64,000 nt of DNA. Origin: Cenarchaeum sp. Lineage in GTDB: Archaea > Thermoproteota > Nitrososphaeria > Nitrososphaerales > Nitrosopumilaceae. The translations under genes were made by a program, and so were the position numbers. The stretch is from positions 416,001 to 480,000 of the forward strand of contig CBDESU010000001.1 of assembly GCA_965242695.1 (NCBI GenBank), given 5' to 3'. A model generated the notes under the pieces. That model did no database searches and was not told where the DNA came from. It saw only the letters and a list, made by a program, of their open reading frames with translations. Below, in pieces: positions 10,923 through 20,864 of this stretch (position 1 is the first letter of the stretch; each line of letters opens with the position of its first letter).

Positions 10923-12014
10923 CTACCTGCCGCGGAGCGCCTCCCTTGCCAGCCTCATCCTCTTGAAGACCGCGGCCGGGTCGGTGGTGGAGCGGGTCGT
11001 CGATTCGATGAACTCCGCGTCCGACCGAAGGCGGCGCACGCGGCCTGCCAGGCCGCCGCCGCCGAAGAAGCCGGGGCTGCCCGCGACAGTGACGAGCAGG
11101 GCGTCGAGCACGGACGGGTTTACTCGGCCGCTCTGTCCGAGCGCCTCCCCCTCGAGCGCCTCCAGGAGCACGGCGCATGCCTGGGCAAATCTCGCCCGCT
11201 CCTCGCAAACAAACTCGTCCGGCGGATCGCGGTTGCTGTACATGTACGACGACAGAAAGTCTTTCATGGGCCTCTTGTACCCGCCAAGGTTGTGGCGCAG
11301 GGCCATGTAGCGCAGTATCAACTCCGCATCCCCCTGCCGCTCGTCGCGGCGCGGCATCCCTATGAGCCTCCTCCACTCGCCGAGTCCGTTGAGCTTGACG
11401 ATCAGGTCGTTGAGCCTGCCCGCGTATATGCGGCCTCTGGCCTCTTGATCCCCCGGCTGGATTCTCGCCGTGTTCAGCCGCTCGAATACGTGGTGCATGA
11501 CGGTCGGGTTCCCGTCCGGATCCATCTGGCGCATCACGATCACCCTCAGTAGGGTGTTCCTGAGCAGGCGCTGATCGGCGGGATCCAGGGCGGAAAACGA
11601 CTTGTTGTGGAGCCTCCCGCCCGGATTGACGCCGATCAATCGAAATTTTTCGGCCCTTTTTCCATTGGCGGCATCCTCGAACTCTTCCTTGAAAAAGCGG
11701 TGTACCGTCTCGAGGCGCTGGCGCCCGTCTATTACGAGCTGCGTGCGATCCCTCTGTTCGGACACGAACACGGGTGGCACGAGCAGGCCCATTATGAACG
11801 ACTCGATGAGGCGCGAGGCCCTGGGGCGGTCCCAGACGTACTGCCTCTGGAATCCCGGCATGACTATCTCGCGCCCCGCCATCCTCTGGTGCAGCAGCTC
11901 GAGCGGATAGTCTACTGGCGTGGCGACTATGTCGTGGTCAACCGGCATGAACTGGTCGTCGCCGTGGTCGCACTCGATCTCGCCCGCGGCCGGCGGAGCT
12001 TGTCCTGGCGCCAT
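10923..12014 (-). CDS. DUF262 (GmrS/ParB-Srx-like) domain protein
   Basis: PGFQRQYVW, LIESFIMG..VPPVF, VIDGRQRL, FERLN motifs. Start taken at MAPGQ; could be upstream. Confidence 0.88.
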   Translation of the reverse strand: MAPGQAPPAAGEIECDHGDDQFMPVDHDIVATPVDYPLELLHQRMAGREIVMPGFQRQYVWDRPRASRLIESFIMGLLVPPVFVSEQRDRTQLVIDGRQRLETVHRFFKEEFEDAANGKRAEKFRLIGVNPGGRLHNKSFSALDPADQRLLRNTLLRVIVMRQMDPDGNPTVMHHVFERLNTARIQPGDQEARGRIYAGRLNDLIVKLNGLGEWRRLIGMPRRDERQGDAELILRYMALRHNLGGYKRPMKDFLSSYMYSNRDPPDEFVCEERARFAQACAVLLEALEGEALGQSGRVNPSVLDALLVTVAGSPGFFGGGGLAGRVRRLRSDAEFIESTTRSTTDPAAVFKRMRLAREALRGR

Positions 12015-12307
12015 CGGGCAGGGCCGCACTGTCGCGTATATGGCCTTGACGGATCCGCCGCCGCCGCACCGGCCGCGGCGCCTCTCGCGCCAGGACTCCC
12101 AGGCTCGCATGCCTCCCGGCGCGGGGCCGCCTGCGCCTGCGGCGAGCCTGCGCCGTGTGCACTGCGGCGGGATCGGCAGAGGCCCTGCCCGCGCACTGCC
12201 GCTTTGACCGCATCACCGCCGCGCGAATCTGCATGCGGAGCCGGCGATGCCGGATCGCCGCGGCCCTGCCCTGCGCGGTTTATAAGGGCCGCCTCCGGCC
12301 GCGCCCC

Positions 12308-12709
12308 GTGGGAGGCACCAAGAACAAGTCGCCGGCGCAGAAGGAGAGGTCGCAGGCGTCAAAAAAGCCCGACTTCAAGAAGTCCAAGAAGGGCGGCAAG
12401 GAGGGCGATGGCGCCTCGCAGTCCTCGCCCTCGGTCGAGATCAGGGTAGTCATGACCGATGCGCAGGCCAAGAAGGCGATGGCCTCGAGCCGCACGGTCA
12501 CGGCCCACAACCTGGCAAGGCAGGCGGGGGTCAAGATATCGGCCGCCCATGCATACCTGCGCGGCGCCGCCGAGCGCGGCCTGGTCAAAGCCGTCGGCGG
12601 AAAGAGCGGCCACCGCGTGTACGCGGTGGTCGACACGAAGGTTCCTGCAAAGGCGCCTGGCATGGCCTCGACGCTCGGTACCACGAGCGGGTCGTCAAAG
12701 ACCAAGTAG
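12308..12709 (+). CDS. rps25e: 30S ribosomal protein S25e
   Basis: GTG start 24 nt after TTTATAA (12279-12285); Lys-rich N-terminus MGGTKNKSPAQKE; winged helix VTAHNLARQAGVKISAAHAYLR. Confidence 0.85.
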   Translation: MGGTKNKSPAQKERSQASKKPDFKKSKKGGKEGDGASQSSPSVEIRVVMTDAQAKKAMASSRTVTAHNLARQAGVKISAAHAYLRGAAERGLVKAVGGKSGHRVYAVVDTKVPAKAPGMASTLGTTSGSSKTK

Positions 12710-12886
12710 GCGGCCGGGCTGGCGTTCATACTGCGCACCATCATGGCCGCGCCGTGCATCGTGTAGCGGCTGTACGGCGCGCTGCCGCCGGCGCCTGCCG
12801 TGCCGCGGCCGCGGGATGCACAGGTGCCTGAATGCCCTTGGGGGATGCCGCGCGCCGTGCGGCCGCGCCGGCTCGCGCCGCCGAGC

Positions 12887-13285
12887 CTATGCCTGCCGAA
12901 CCGCGATCGTGTCCCCGCGCCGCGCCTTCCCGAGCAGGGCCGCGCCGCCCTCGCCGAGCCTCCCGATCGGCGTCAGCCGCCTGCCCGTCGCGCCGCCCTT
13001 GGTGAAAAAGCACACGCTCCCGCCGTGCGGCAGGAACGCAACGTCACCGGCGGCAAACTCCGTCCTCTGCCTCTCGGCGCCGGCCTGCACCGCGGTCTGA
13101 AAGTGCACCGCCGCGGCGCTGCCGGCCACGGCGGCATCGAGCGCGTGGGCTCCACCCAACACCGGCAGGGCCCTTAGCAGGAGGCCGACGGTGGACGGGG
13201 CAAGGTGCCTCTTTAGCTCGAGCGGGGCCGAGCCTGCGCCGACGACCTCGACGATCAGCGCCGCCCTCGACACGGACCCGTCCAT
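12887..13285 (-). CDS. Cyclophilin-like fold protein (TM1367/DUF369-like)
   Basis: LKRHLAPSTV..L.RALP, GDVAFLPHGGSVCFF, TPIGRL pattern; TTATAA at 13308-13313. Confidence 0.75.
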   Translation of the reverse strand: MDGSVSRAALIVEVVGAGSAPLELKRHLAPSTVGLLLRALPVLGGAHALDAAVAGSAAAVHFQTAVQAGAERQRTEFAAGDVAFLPHGGSVCFFTKGGATGRRLTPIGRLGEGGAALLGKARRGDTIAVRQA

Positions 13286-13346
13286 GCCGCCGCGCGCCCT
13301 GCGCCGGTTATAACGAATGCGCGCCGCGCCGCGGCGCGCGCCGGGC

Positions 13347-14411
13347 CTACCCGAGGTACACGTAGCCGCGCCCCTTCTCGCCCCTCACGAGCAGGGCCGA
13401 TCCCGCGCCGCCGGCCGCGGCGGCCGCGGCCGCCCTCCTTTCTGTCACCGCATGCTTTACCTGCGCATCGCAGTCGTCGATCTTGTGGAGCGCCATGGCC
13501 TCGGGGAACAGCGGCTCGACCGGGGATCCCTTTTCGAGCGCCCCGTGGTGGCTCAGGACCATGTGCACCAGCTTGTCGCGCACCGCGTCGGGAACGCCCT
13601 CGGCCCCGGCCATCGCATCCCATACGATCCTTGCGCCCACCGGTATGTGCCCGAACATGATCTCCCCGTCCGTCCTGTCGATGGTCGCGCCGATCTTGTA
13701 CCCCCTCGTCTTGCCAATGTCGTGCAGCAGGCAGCCGGCCACGAGGAGGTCGCCGTCGAGGCCCTCCCCGTGCTGCTCTGCGACGGCCCTCGCAATGGCC
13801 GCCATGCTGAGCGAGTGCTCGAGCAGGCCGCCGGCGTACCCGTGGTGGTACCGGACGGCGGCGGGGGCCGCCGAGAACTCGGCAATCATCCTGTCGTCAA
13901 AGACCGCCTCGAGCGCGGCCCTGACGCCGGGGCTGCGCACGGACCGTATGACCTCGCGCAGCCTCTCGACCATCTCGCCGACGTCCTTTTCGCCGGACTG
14001 GACAAGCTCGGCCCTGTCGTACTCGTCCGTCCTGGCCATGGATACGTTCCTGTCCTTTGGCGACACGTGCACCTCCAGCTTGTCGTTGTACGACTTTACG
14101 ATGCCGTTCGATATGGCGACCACGTCTCCCACCTTGAACGACCGGTACGCCGCCATCGTCTCCTCTTCGCTGTCGCCGCCCCAGTACTTTACGTCGATCG
14201 TGCCTGTCTTGTCGCCTATCTCGAAGAAGAAATACATGCCCTGCTTGTTCTTGTACTTTGCCGGCTCCTTTCTCTTGCCGACTACCGCAAAGTACCCGTT
14301 GACGCGTAGCTCCTTTTTCATCTCGTCGACGTACGTGCCCTTGCCGGCCGCGCCGCCGGCCTGCGCGCCGCCGGCCTGCATGCCCGCGCTGCCGTCAAGC
14401 GTCGCACTCAA
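13347..14411 (-). CDS. YhaM/Cbf1-family 3'-5' exoribonuclease (OB fold + HD domain)
   Basis: GDKTGTIDVKYW OB fold; APAAVRYHHGYAGGLLEHS, LLHDIGK, GHI, HMVLSHHG..E.GSP, LHKIDDCDA. Start TTG 14411 or ATG 14381. Confidence 0.92.
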   Translation of the reverse strand: MSATLDGSAGMQAGGAQAGGAAGKGTYVDEMKKELRVNGYFAVVGKRKEPAKYKNKQGMYFFFEIGDKTGTIDVKYWGGDSEEETMAAYRSFKVGDVVAISNGIVKSYNDKLEVHVSPKDRNVSMARTDEYDRAELVQSGEKDVGEMVERLREVIRSVRSPGVRAALEAVFDDRMIAEFSAAPAAVRYHHGYAGGLLEHSLSMAAIARAVAEQHGEGLDGDLLVAGCLLHDIGKTRGYKIGATIDRTDGEIMFGHIPVGARIVWDAMAGAEGVPDAVRDKLVHMVLSHHGALEKGSPVEPLFPEAMALHKIDDCDAQVKHAVTERRAAAAAAAGGAGSALLVRGEKGRGYVYLG

Positions 14412-14682
14412 TGCCGTGCGCGCCGCGCCGGCGCTATTAAAGCCGTCCGGGGCCCCCTGCGCATTCCGGATCGGGCCGTCCGCGCCGGGGTTCGCAGCGG
14501 CCCCGATCGGGCGCAGCCTCGGCGCGGAATGCGCCGCATCGCAGCGGCCGGGCGTTCGTGCGCCGGCGGTGGGTGCCGGGGCCTGCCGCCGGCGCGGCGC
14601 GCCCAGCAGGGGGCGCGGGCACTGCGATCGGCCCGCGATCGGCCGCCTAGATACATATAAGGTCTTTCCGGCCCGCGCGTGC

Positions 14683-15315
14683 TTGCCCGGAGCAAACGAT
14701 GGGGCGGCTGCGGGTGGCGGCGCCGCGGCCGGTTCTACAGGTAGCGATGCGAATGGAGGCGATCCGCCCAAGGTTGCGGCCGACGGCGATGGCGCGTCGT
14801 CCGCTCCCGGCTCGGCCGCCGAGGGCGCCGGGCCGGATGCCGTCGAGGACGGGGGCATGCCCGACCTGGCCGCCGACGAGGACTCTGTCGAAAGCGATGA
14901 CGTCCCCAACCCAGGGCTGAAAAAGGCACTCGAGTCGTACAGCAAGCTGTTCAACCCCGAGCTGATGACGCCCGACGAGCAGGACAAGCTCGACGAAAGG
15001 CTCCGCGAGATAAGGGAGCGGCCGGTGGTTGAGACCGACGCTCCGCACGAGCCGGTGGAGATTGCGCAGGGCGCGGACGGGATAGAGGTGGGCCCGCCGA
15101 CGCTGACGCGGTTTGAAAAGGCGCGCATCATGGGCGCCAGGGCGCTCCAGCTGTCCGAGGGCGCCCCCGCCTTTATCGAGATACCAGAGTCTGCCATGAC
15201 CTCGCTCGACATTGCCATGGTGGAGCTCGACCAGAGGGTCATCCCGATAACGATACGCCGCGTGCTGCCAAACGGCGACTATCAGAACATACCGATCGAC
15301 TACTTCAAGGCCTGA
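14683..15315 (+). CDS. rpoK: DNA-directed RNA polymerase subunit K/omega (Rpo6) with acidic N-terminal extension
   Basis: PPTLTRFEKARIMGARALQLSEGAP...IPITIRRVLP signature; TTG start ~22 nt after TATAA at ~14657-14661. Confidence 0.95.
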   Translation: MPGANDGAAAGGGAAAGSTGSDANGGDPPKVAADGDGASSAPGSAAEGAGPDAVEDGGMPDLAADEDSVESDDVPNPGLKKALESYSKLFNPELMTPDEQDKLDERLREIRERPVVETDAPHEPVEIAQGADGIEVGPPTLTRFEKARIMGARALQLSEGAPAFIEIPESAMTSLDIAMVELDQRVIPITIRRVLPNGDYQNIPIDYFKA

Positions 15316-15717
15316 CCGCGGGCCTTCCTTCGCGCCGGCCCGGGCGCCATCTTCCTGCGGAGCGCCGGGTCCATGGGCGCCCCGCCCCTGCGCACTTTCC
15401 CTGCCGGGGCCGCCCGCCCCGCCGTGCGTTCCGAGCCTGCGACCCTTGGCGGCTTGGGCGTTGGAGGCCTTCGCCGGTTGCCGCAGGTGCGACTTGGCGC
15501 GCCGCGACGCGGATGTGCCCTGCCTGAAGTGTCCCTTGGCATCGAACGCGCCGAGGGCCGGTTTGCGGCGCACTGCGGGGCGCCGGGCATCATCTGGTTG
15601 AGGGCACGGGAGCGGCGCAATGCACGTTGAGCAATGATTTCGAGGCTGTCTGAAAGATACCATGCGCGGCCTTTTGCACCGCCGGCGTCGGCCGCCGCAG
15701 CCGATATTGCAGCGGCC

Positions 15718-17448
15718 CTAGTCGTAGCGTCCGCCGCCGCGGCCTCTGCCGCCTCCGCGCCCGCCATAGCGGCCGCCGCCGCCGTCGCGGCCCCGGTCTC
15801 CGCCGTCGCGGCCCCGGTCTCCGCCGTATCGGCCTCCGCCTCCGCCGCCGTCGCGGCCCCGGTCTCCGCCGTATCGGCCTCCGCCTCCGCCGCCGTCGCG
15901 GCCCCGGTCTCCGCCGTATCGGCCTCCGCCTCCGCCTCCGTCGCGGCCCCGGTCTCCGCCGTATCGGCCTCCGCCTCCGCCTCCGTCGCGGCCCCGGTCT
16001 CCGCCGTATCGGCCTCCGCCTCCGCCTCCGCCTCCGTCGCGGCCCCGGTCTCCGCCGTATCGGCCTCCGCCTCCGCCAAAGCCTCCGCGGCCTCCACTTC
16101 TGCCTCCGCCGCCTCCAAAGCGCCCTCCGCCGTCGCGTCCTCCGCCTCCGCCAAAGCCTCCGCGGCCTCCGCCGCGCCCGCCTCCAAAGCCTCCGCGGCC
16201 TCCGCCGCCTCCAAAGCGCCCTCCGCCGCGCCCGACCCTGCCGTCCCTCGCATCGTGCCGCCGCCTGCCGCCGCCGCCCTGCCCGTACCGCCGCGACCCG
16301 ACCTGGCGCTTGAGCGGGTCGGGAATGTTTACCTCTATCCCCATGACCTTGTTGAGGTCTGTCATTTCGACCTTTACCTGGCGCTTGATTATGTTGAAGT
16401 CGCCGGCCGAAGAGTACGACACGAGGGTTATCGCCCTGCCCTTGGCGCCGGCCCTGGCGGTGCGGCCGATCCTGTGGAAGTACACCATCTCCTGGTTGGG
16501 CACGTCGTAGTTGACGACAAGCGCCACCTGGGGCACGTCTATCCCGCGGGCGGCCACGTCCGTCGCCACGAGTATCTTTGCCTTGCCGGTGCGGAACTTT
16601 GACATCGACTGCTCGCGCCTGCTCTGCGACATGTCGCCCTCGATCGCGACGACGTCCATGCCCTCCCTTCGCAGGTCCCGCGCCACGTCCCTCGTGCGGT
16701 ACTTTGTAGAGCAGAACACGATCGACTGCCCCTCTTCATTCTCGCCGATGAACCTGAGCAGGTGGCCCATCTTTTCGCGGTCCTTTATGACGAGGAACGA
16801 CTGGTCGATCCCCTCGCCGCTCAGGTCGTCGGCGTCGAGCAGGAACTGCTTCGGATTGCGCAGATAGTCCTCGGACAGGCGCAGTATCTCGATGGGCATC
16901 GTCGCCGAGAACAGCGACATGACCTTGTCCTCGGGCGTCATGTCTAGTATGTAGTGTATGTCGTCGATGAACCCCATGTCGAGCATCGTGTCGGCCTCGT
17001 CCAGGACGACGTGCGTGACGCCGCCGAGGTCGATCGAGCCGCGCTTTATGTGGTCTATGAGCCTGCCGGGCGTGGCCACGATGACCTCGACGCCCCTCTC
17101 GAGCGCGTTCAGCTGCACCTCCATGCCCTGCCCGCCGTATATGGCGGCGGCCCGCACGTCGGTGTGCTTTGCAAACTTGCGTATCTCGTCGGTGATCTGG
17201 ACAGCCAGCTCCCTCGTGGGCGCGACGATCAGCCCCTGGATGTCGCCGCCGGCCTTTACGTCCTGCAGCATCGATATCGAGTAGGCCGCCGTCTTGCCCG
17301 TGCCAGTGTGCGCCTGGCCGACGACGTCCCTGCCGGTGAGCAGTACCGGGATGGCCGCCTCCTGTATGGGGAACGTCTTGGTGAAGCCCATGTCCCTTAT
17401 GGCGTCTAGCAGCTCCTGCTTTATCCCCAGTTCCTCAAATTGTGCCAT
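15718..17448 (-). CDS. DEAD-box RNA helicase with Gly/Arg-rich C-terminal tail
   Basis: Q motif (FPIQ), AHTGTGKT, PTRELA, TPGR, DEAD, SAT, ARGID, HRIGRTARAG. Confidence 0.97.
   Translation of the reverse strand: MAQFEELGIKQELLDAIRDMGFTKTFPIQEAAIPVLLTGRDVVGQAHTGTGKTAAYSISMLQDVKAGGDIQGLIVAPTRELAVQITDEIRKFAKHTDVRAAAIYGGQGMEVQLNALERGVEVIVATPGRLIDHIKRGSIDLGGVTHVVLDEADTMLDMGFIDDIHYILDMTPEDKVMSLFSATMPIEILRLSEDYLRNPKQFLLDADDLSGEGIDQSFLVIKDREKMGHLLRFIGENEEGQSIVFCSTKYRTRDVARDLRREGMDVVAIEGDMSQSRREQSMSKFRTGKAKILVATDVAARGIDVPQVALVVNYDVPNQEMVYFHRIGRTARAGAKGRAITLVSYSSAGDFNIIKRQVKVEMTDLNKVMGIEVNIPDPLKRQVGSRRYGQGGGGRRRHDARDGRVGRGGGRFGGGGGRGGFGGGRGGGRGGFGGGGGRDGGGRFGGGGGRSGGRGGFGGGGGRYGGDRGRDGGGGGGGGRYGGDRGRDGGGGGGRYGGDRGRDGGGGGGRYGGDRGRDGGGGGGRYGGDRGRDGGGGGGRYGGDRGRDGGDRGRDGGGGRYGGRGGGRGRGGGRYD
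15760..16230 (-). repeat. Tandem GGGGG-RYGGDRGRD and GGRFGGGGGRGGFGG repeats in the helicase tail
   Basis: ~45-bp units (gccgtcgcggccccggtctccgccgtatcggcctccgcc...) with variable Gly counts. Confidence 0.93.
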
Positions 17449-18191
17449 TTTCCTCACTCAGCAATGGCCGAAACGCATTGCCGCTCCGCCATTATTCCGG
17501 CGGGGCGCCCGGCGCGCTACTAATAAACCCTGGGGGGCGGACTCGATCTTCGTCGTGCGCCTGCCTGCCTGCCCTGCAGCCCTCTGCGGGGCGTTCGCGG
17601 CAACCGCCCGTGCGATCGCTGGGAGGGGGACAGTTCGCGCTGCGGGGCGGGGCTGCATTCGGCGGACTCCCACCCCCTGTCGGCGGGCAGGGCGGGCGTG
17701 TAGCGGAGTTGGGCGTGCAGCAGCGCCCTGATCGCATCGTGTGCCGCCGCAGCACAACACATTAATGGTGCAGTTGTGGCTTGCCGGCATGGACGGTTCC
17801 AAGCGCGGCAAGCGGGCAACCGAGAGCCGACGACTTGACGGTAGCAGGCCATACGTGTCGGACATATGGGACATTGAAAAACCGGCGACCTCTAGGCCCC
17901 CTCGAAGGTCTGACTGATTTTTTTGCATGTGATACAATGCCGCATACGAACCGGGGCGGGTCGCTGCCTGGAGGTCGAATCTCATGTTGCCATGAGGCGG
18001 CCCCTATTGCACATCGTCACCTGTGCGTGCATAGCCGATTAGTAATGTTTATAAGCAGGTACTTTATATTGGTTAAACGGTACTTATTTCAAAATCGCCT
18101 TGGTAGTCGGCACGTTTGAATGGGCGCGATCTAGAATACTTAACCCAAAAAATATGTATAGTATGTCAAGCTTGACAGTCTATTGTAAGGC

Positions 18192-18809
18192 TCAATCTGT
18201 CTTCACAATGTCGGATATTGGATACTTTTCTTTAAGCTTGCGCATGACTTCCGGTATGCTGTCAAGCAACGCATGTTCAGATTCTTCAAGCTTATGGTAC
18301 AAGTGATGCGCATGGGATGGTTCTATGTTTGATTCTTGCATTTCGCGTATTTTTTTAAGCGCTATGTTGTGATCTTTTACGCGCTGAAATACGTCTTGAG
18401 TGTCTTGGTGGATCCTTGGGTCTATAAATGTTGTTTTACCTAGGTTTCCCAAACTATCGTAAACGTCGTGATTGAACAAACGGCTCATAAAGTAGACAGG
18501 TTGATCCTGAATTCTTACAACGCGCAAATCTTGGTGCTTGTTTGTGTCCAGGTCTTGGAGCGTATCGCGCAGCTCCATGTACAAGGACGCGGCCGCTCTC
18601 TGACCCTCTGTCATGTCCGAGTGCAGCCGTCTGGCAAAATACAGACCGGGTGCGATCGCGAGTGACATTGTGGTCACTATGGCCGCCAGTCTCTCGACAG
18701 ACATGCACTCCCATGGCGAAGGCCAATCACAGTTCCAAAACGCCACTATCGCCGCCGTGGCCGCGATCGTGTCGGCGAGCGCTATGTGGGACATTGCCGC
18801 TACGTTCAT
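18192..18809 (-). CDS. Low-GC hypothetical membrane-anchored protein
   Basis: 3' part of ORF 18192..19400; two N-terminal hydrophobic segments then a helical soluble domain; markedly AT-richer than flanks. Confidence 0.65.
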   Translation of the reverse strand: MNVAAMSHIALADTIAATAAIVAFWNCDWPSPWECMSVERLAAIVTTMSLAIAPGLYFARRLHSDMTEGQRAAASLYMELRDTLQDLDTNKHQDLRVVRIQDQPVYFMSRLFNHDVYDSLGNLGKTTFIDPRIHQDTQDVFQRVKDHNIALKKIREMQESNIEPSHAHHLYHKLEESEHALLDSIPEVMRKLKEKYPISDIVKTD

Positions 18810-19401
18810 GTTCACCACCACAAAATTTTCTAAACCGCCTTTACTTATATGCCCATTAGGGCTACACGCGAGAGCTCCGGTCTTGGGGTGAACCATGTCG
18901 GCCGCCTTGACAACGCCGCCACATCCGGCGCCCGGTACGATCGATGCCGTGCCGCTGGGGCGGGGGGAGACGGGAGGGCCGACGTGACGGCGGCCGAGGC
19001 CACTGCACGGAGGGGGATGTGCGGGGGGGGGGGGGGGGGAGGGGAGGACGTGCCATGTGCATGCCCGCCGCGCGGCGCCTGCGGAGCGCACCGGCCCGCC
19101 GCCGTCAACCCGAGGTGTCGGCAGGGGGAGGGGAGGGGGGGACAGGGGCAGAGGCCGGATCCTTCCCTCGGCCTGCCGGCGCCCGTCATCCGGCGCCGCT
19201 GTTCCTTGCCCCTCCACCGCCCGGGGGCATCCATGCAGGCGGCCCCTCGCCGCCGGCGGCCCGCGGGCCTGAACGACGATCGCGAGGCGGCGCATCGCTT
19301 TATACCACGAGGCGGCCCCGACAAGGCGTGGACAGCGGCGGCAGGCGGGGGCGGATGGCCTGCTGCAACCGCGGCTGCCCGCAGCGCGGGGGCGGCGCAT
19401 A

Positions 19402-20169
19402 GTGGGCGACTATACATTCTCTACGATAAAGATCGTGCCGCACGCAGCGCGCGGCGAGTCGGTCAACATAGGGATACTGCTCTACGACCCCGCCCAAAAG
19501 CTTCTGCACCGGAGGCTTACCGACAACTGGGACGAGGTGCGGCGGCGGGCCGGGGTCGAGTCGCTGCCCGACTTGGGGGCCGTTTCGGGCGATGTCCCGG
19601 CCAGGGTCGGCGACGACTACCTGGCATCGCTGGCGGAGAATTCTTTGGGAAACATAGTCATAACGGCACCGCGCCCCCTCATGCCCTTTGCGACGCATCT
19701 GGACGCGCTAGAGTGGGTGTTTCGATCGCAGATAGGCGTGCCGAGCGGCGGCAGGAGGCGGGCCGATGGGGCCGATGCCGTCCTTGCCGGGCTCGTAGCC
19801 GAGGCGAAGTTTCCGAGCGGAAGCTGCCGCCGCTGGCACAAGTTCGGAAGCGGCGAGACGTCGATACGGTTCCCGTACGTGTTCGGCAGGGCCGGCAGGC
19901 CGTCGGCCGCAATGTTTGCCGTCTCGTTTTCCCAGGCGCACGCGCTTGCCCGCATCAAGGAGCGGCTGTACGACATCATGACGATAAGGGAGCGGCACGG
20001 GAGCGGCATCGAGTTCACAATGCTCGCCGTCCAGCGCAGGGGCGACATGGACCCGCTTGACGACGACACGCGAAACGGGCTGGGGATGCTCGACGAGCGG
20101 CGCGTGGGCGTGGTGTACATGGACGGCATACGGGATGCGCTTGCCCGCATACGCCGCATCGTGGCCTAG
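19402..20169 (+). CDS. DUF3037-domain protein with C-terminal extension
   Basis: N-terminal YTFSTIKIVPHAARGESVNIGILLYDP matches the DUF3037 pattern Y..I+.VP...RGE..N.G++L. Confidence 0.8.
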   Translation: MGDYTFSTIKIVPHAARGESVNIGILLYDPAQKLLHRRLTDNWDEVRRRAGVESLPDLGAVSGDVPARVGDDYLASLAENSLGNIVITAPRPLMPFATHLDALEWVFRSQIGVPSGGRRRADGADAVLAGLVAEAKFPSGSCRRWHKFGSGETSIRFPYVFGRAGRPSAAMFAVSFSQAHALARIKERLYDIMTIRERHGSGIEFTMLAVQRRGDMDPLDDDTRNGLGMLDERRVGVVYMDGIRDALARIRRIVA

Positions 20170-20323
20170 CCTGCCGCCCTGCCGGCCTGCTTGCCTGCCA
20201 CGCATCCCGTCGATGCCGCCGTGATCGCACCTTGGCCGCCACGGCGGCGGAGGCGGCAGGCTGGCCGGCGGCAGCGAGGCGGTAGGATGCCGCAGCGCGA
20301 TGGCGCGGGCGATCGTGGATGAG

Positions 20324-20397
20324 AGCCAATGAGGGGATTTGAACCCCCGACCCTTCGCTTACAAAGCGGATGCTCTGCCGGGCTGAGCTACATTGGC
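20324..20397 (-). tRNA. tRNA-Thr(TGT), no intron, CCA not encoded
   Basis: Reverse complement GCCAATG-TA-GCTCAGCCCGGCAGAGC-A-TCCGC-TTTGTAA-GCGAA-GGGTC-GGGGGTTCAAATCCCCT-CATTGGC-T folds as a cloverleaf; anticodon TGT. Confidence 0.95.
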
Positions 20398-20478
20398 GCG
20401 CGCCGGCTTGGCGGCGGCGCCGTATAAGCGCTTCCTGCCGCCGGCCTGGTTTTTATACGGGCGCGCCGGCCGCCGCCC

Positions 20479-20709
20479 GTGAGGTTCAAGCGGCTGCCGC
20501 GCCGCAAGCTCAAGGTTCTGACGGGCCTGTTCTTTGGCGCCGGCAGCCTCGGCATACTGACCGGCCTCGGCGCGGGCGGCGGGCTGGAGATGACGGCGTT
20601 CGGCACCGCCTTTGTGTGCATCGGCGGGCTGACCGGCTGGATGTTGCTCACGCAGGAGCCGACGAGCCTAAAGGATAAGCGCGCGAAAAAGCGGCGCGGC
20701 GGCAGGTAG
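20479..20709 (+). CDS. Small two-TM membrane protein (76 aa)
   Basis: Basic ends flanking two hydrophobic helices; TTTTTATA at ~20450-20457. Confidence 0.75.
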   Translation: MRFKRLPRRKLKVLTGLFFGAGSLGILTGLGAGGGLEMTAFGTAFVCIGGLTGWMLLTQEPTSLKDKRAKKRRGGR

Positions 20710-20864
20710 GGCCCCTTCCGGCCCGCGCGCCGCCGCCGGCTGGACGGCACAGGATCCTGGCTCCGGGCCGTCCCTCGCAGCCCGCGCGCCGCCCTGCCGG
20801 GCCGCGCCGGCCGGCCGCGACCGAGCGATCTAGGAATAAATTTGCCCGGCGGCGCGGCCCGCCC

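Noticed and set aside
13347-15315. Apparent long overlap of ORFs 13347..15242 (-) and 13483..15315 (+)
   Set aside because: Both are over-extended. The real genes are divergent (YhaM-like from ~14411, rpoK from ~14683), each with its own TATA box.
15300-16602. Ala/Glu- and Ala/Ser-rich repeat ORFs (15300..16253 -, 15634..16602 +)
   Set aside because: Alternative frames of the helicase Gly/Arg repeat tail.
17460-20323. Intact provirus or integrative element at tRNA-Thr
   Set aside because: No integrase and no duplicated tRNA 3' end found by eye; the region is under 3 kb.
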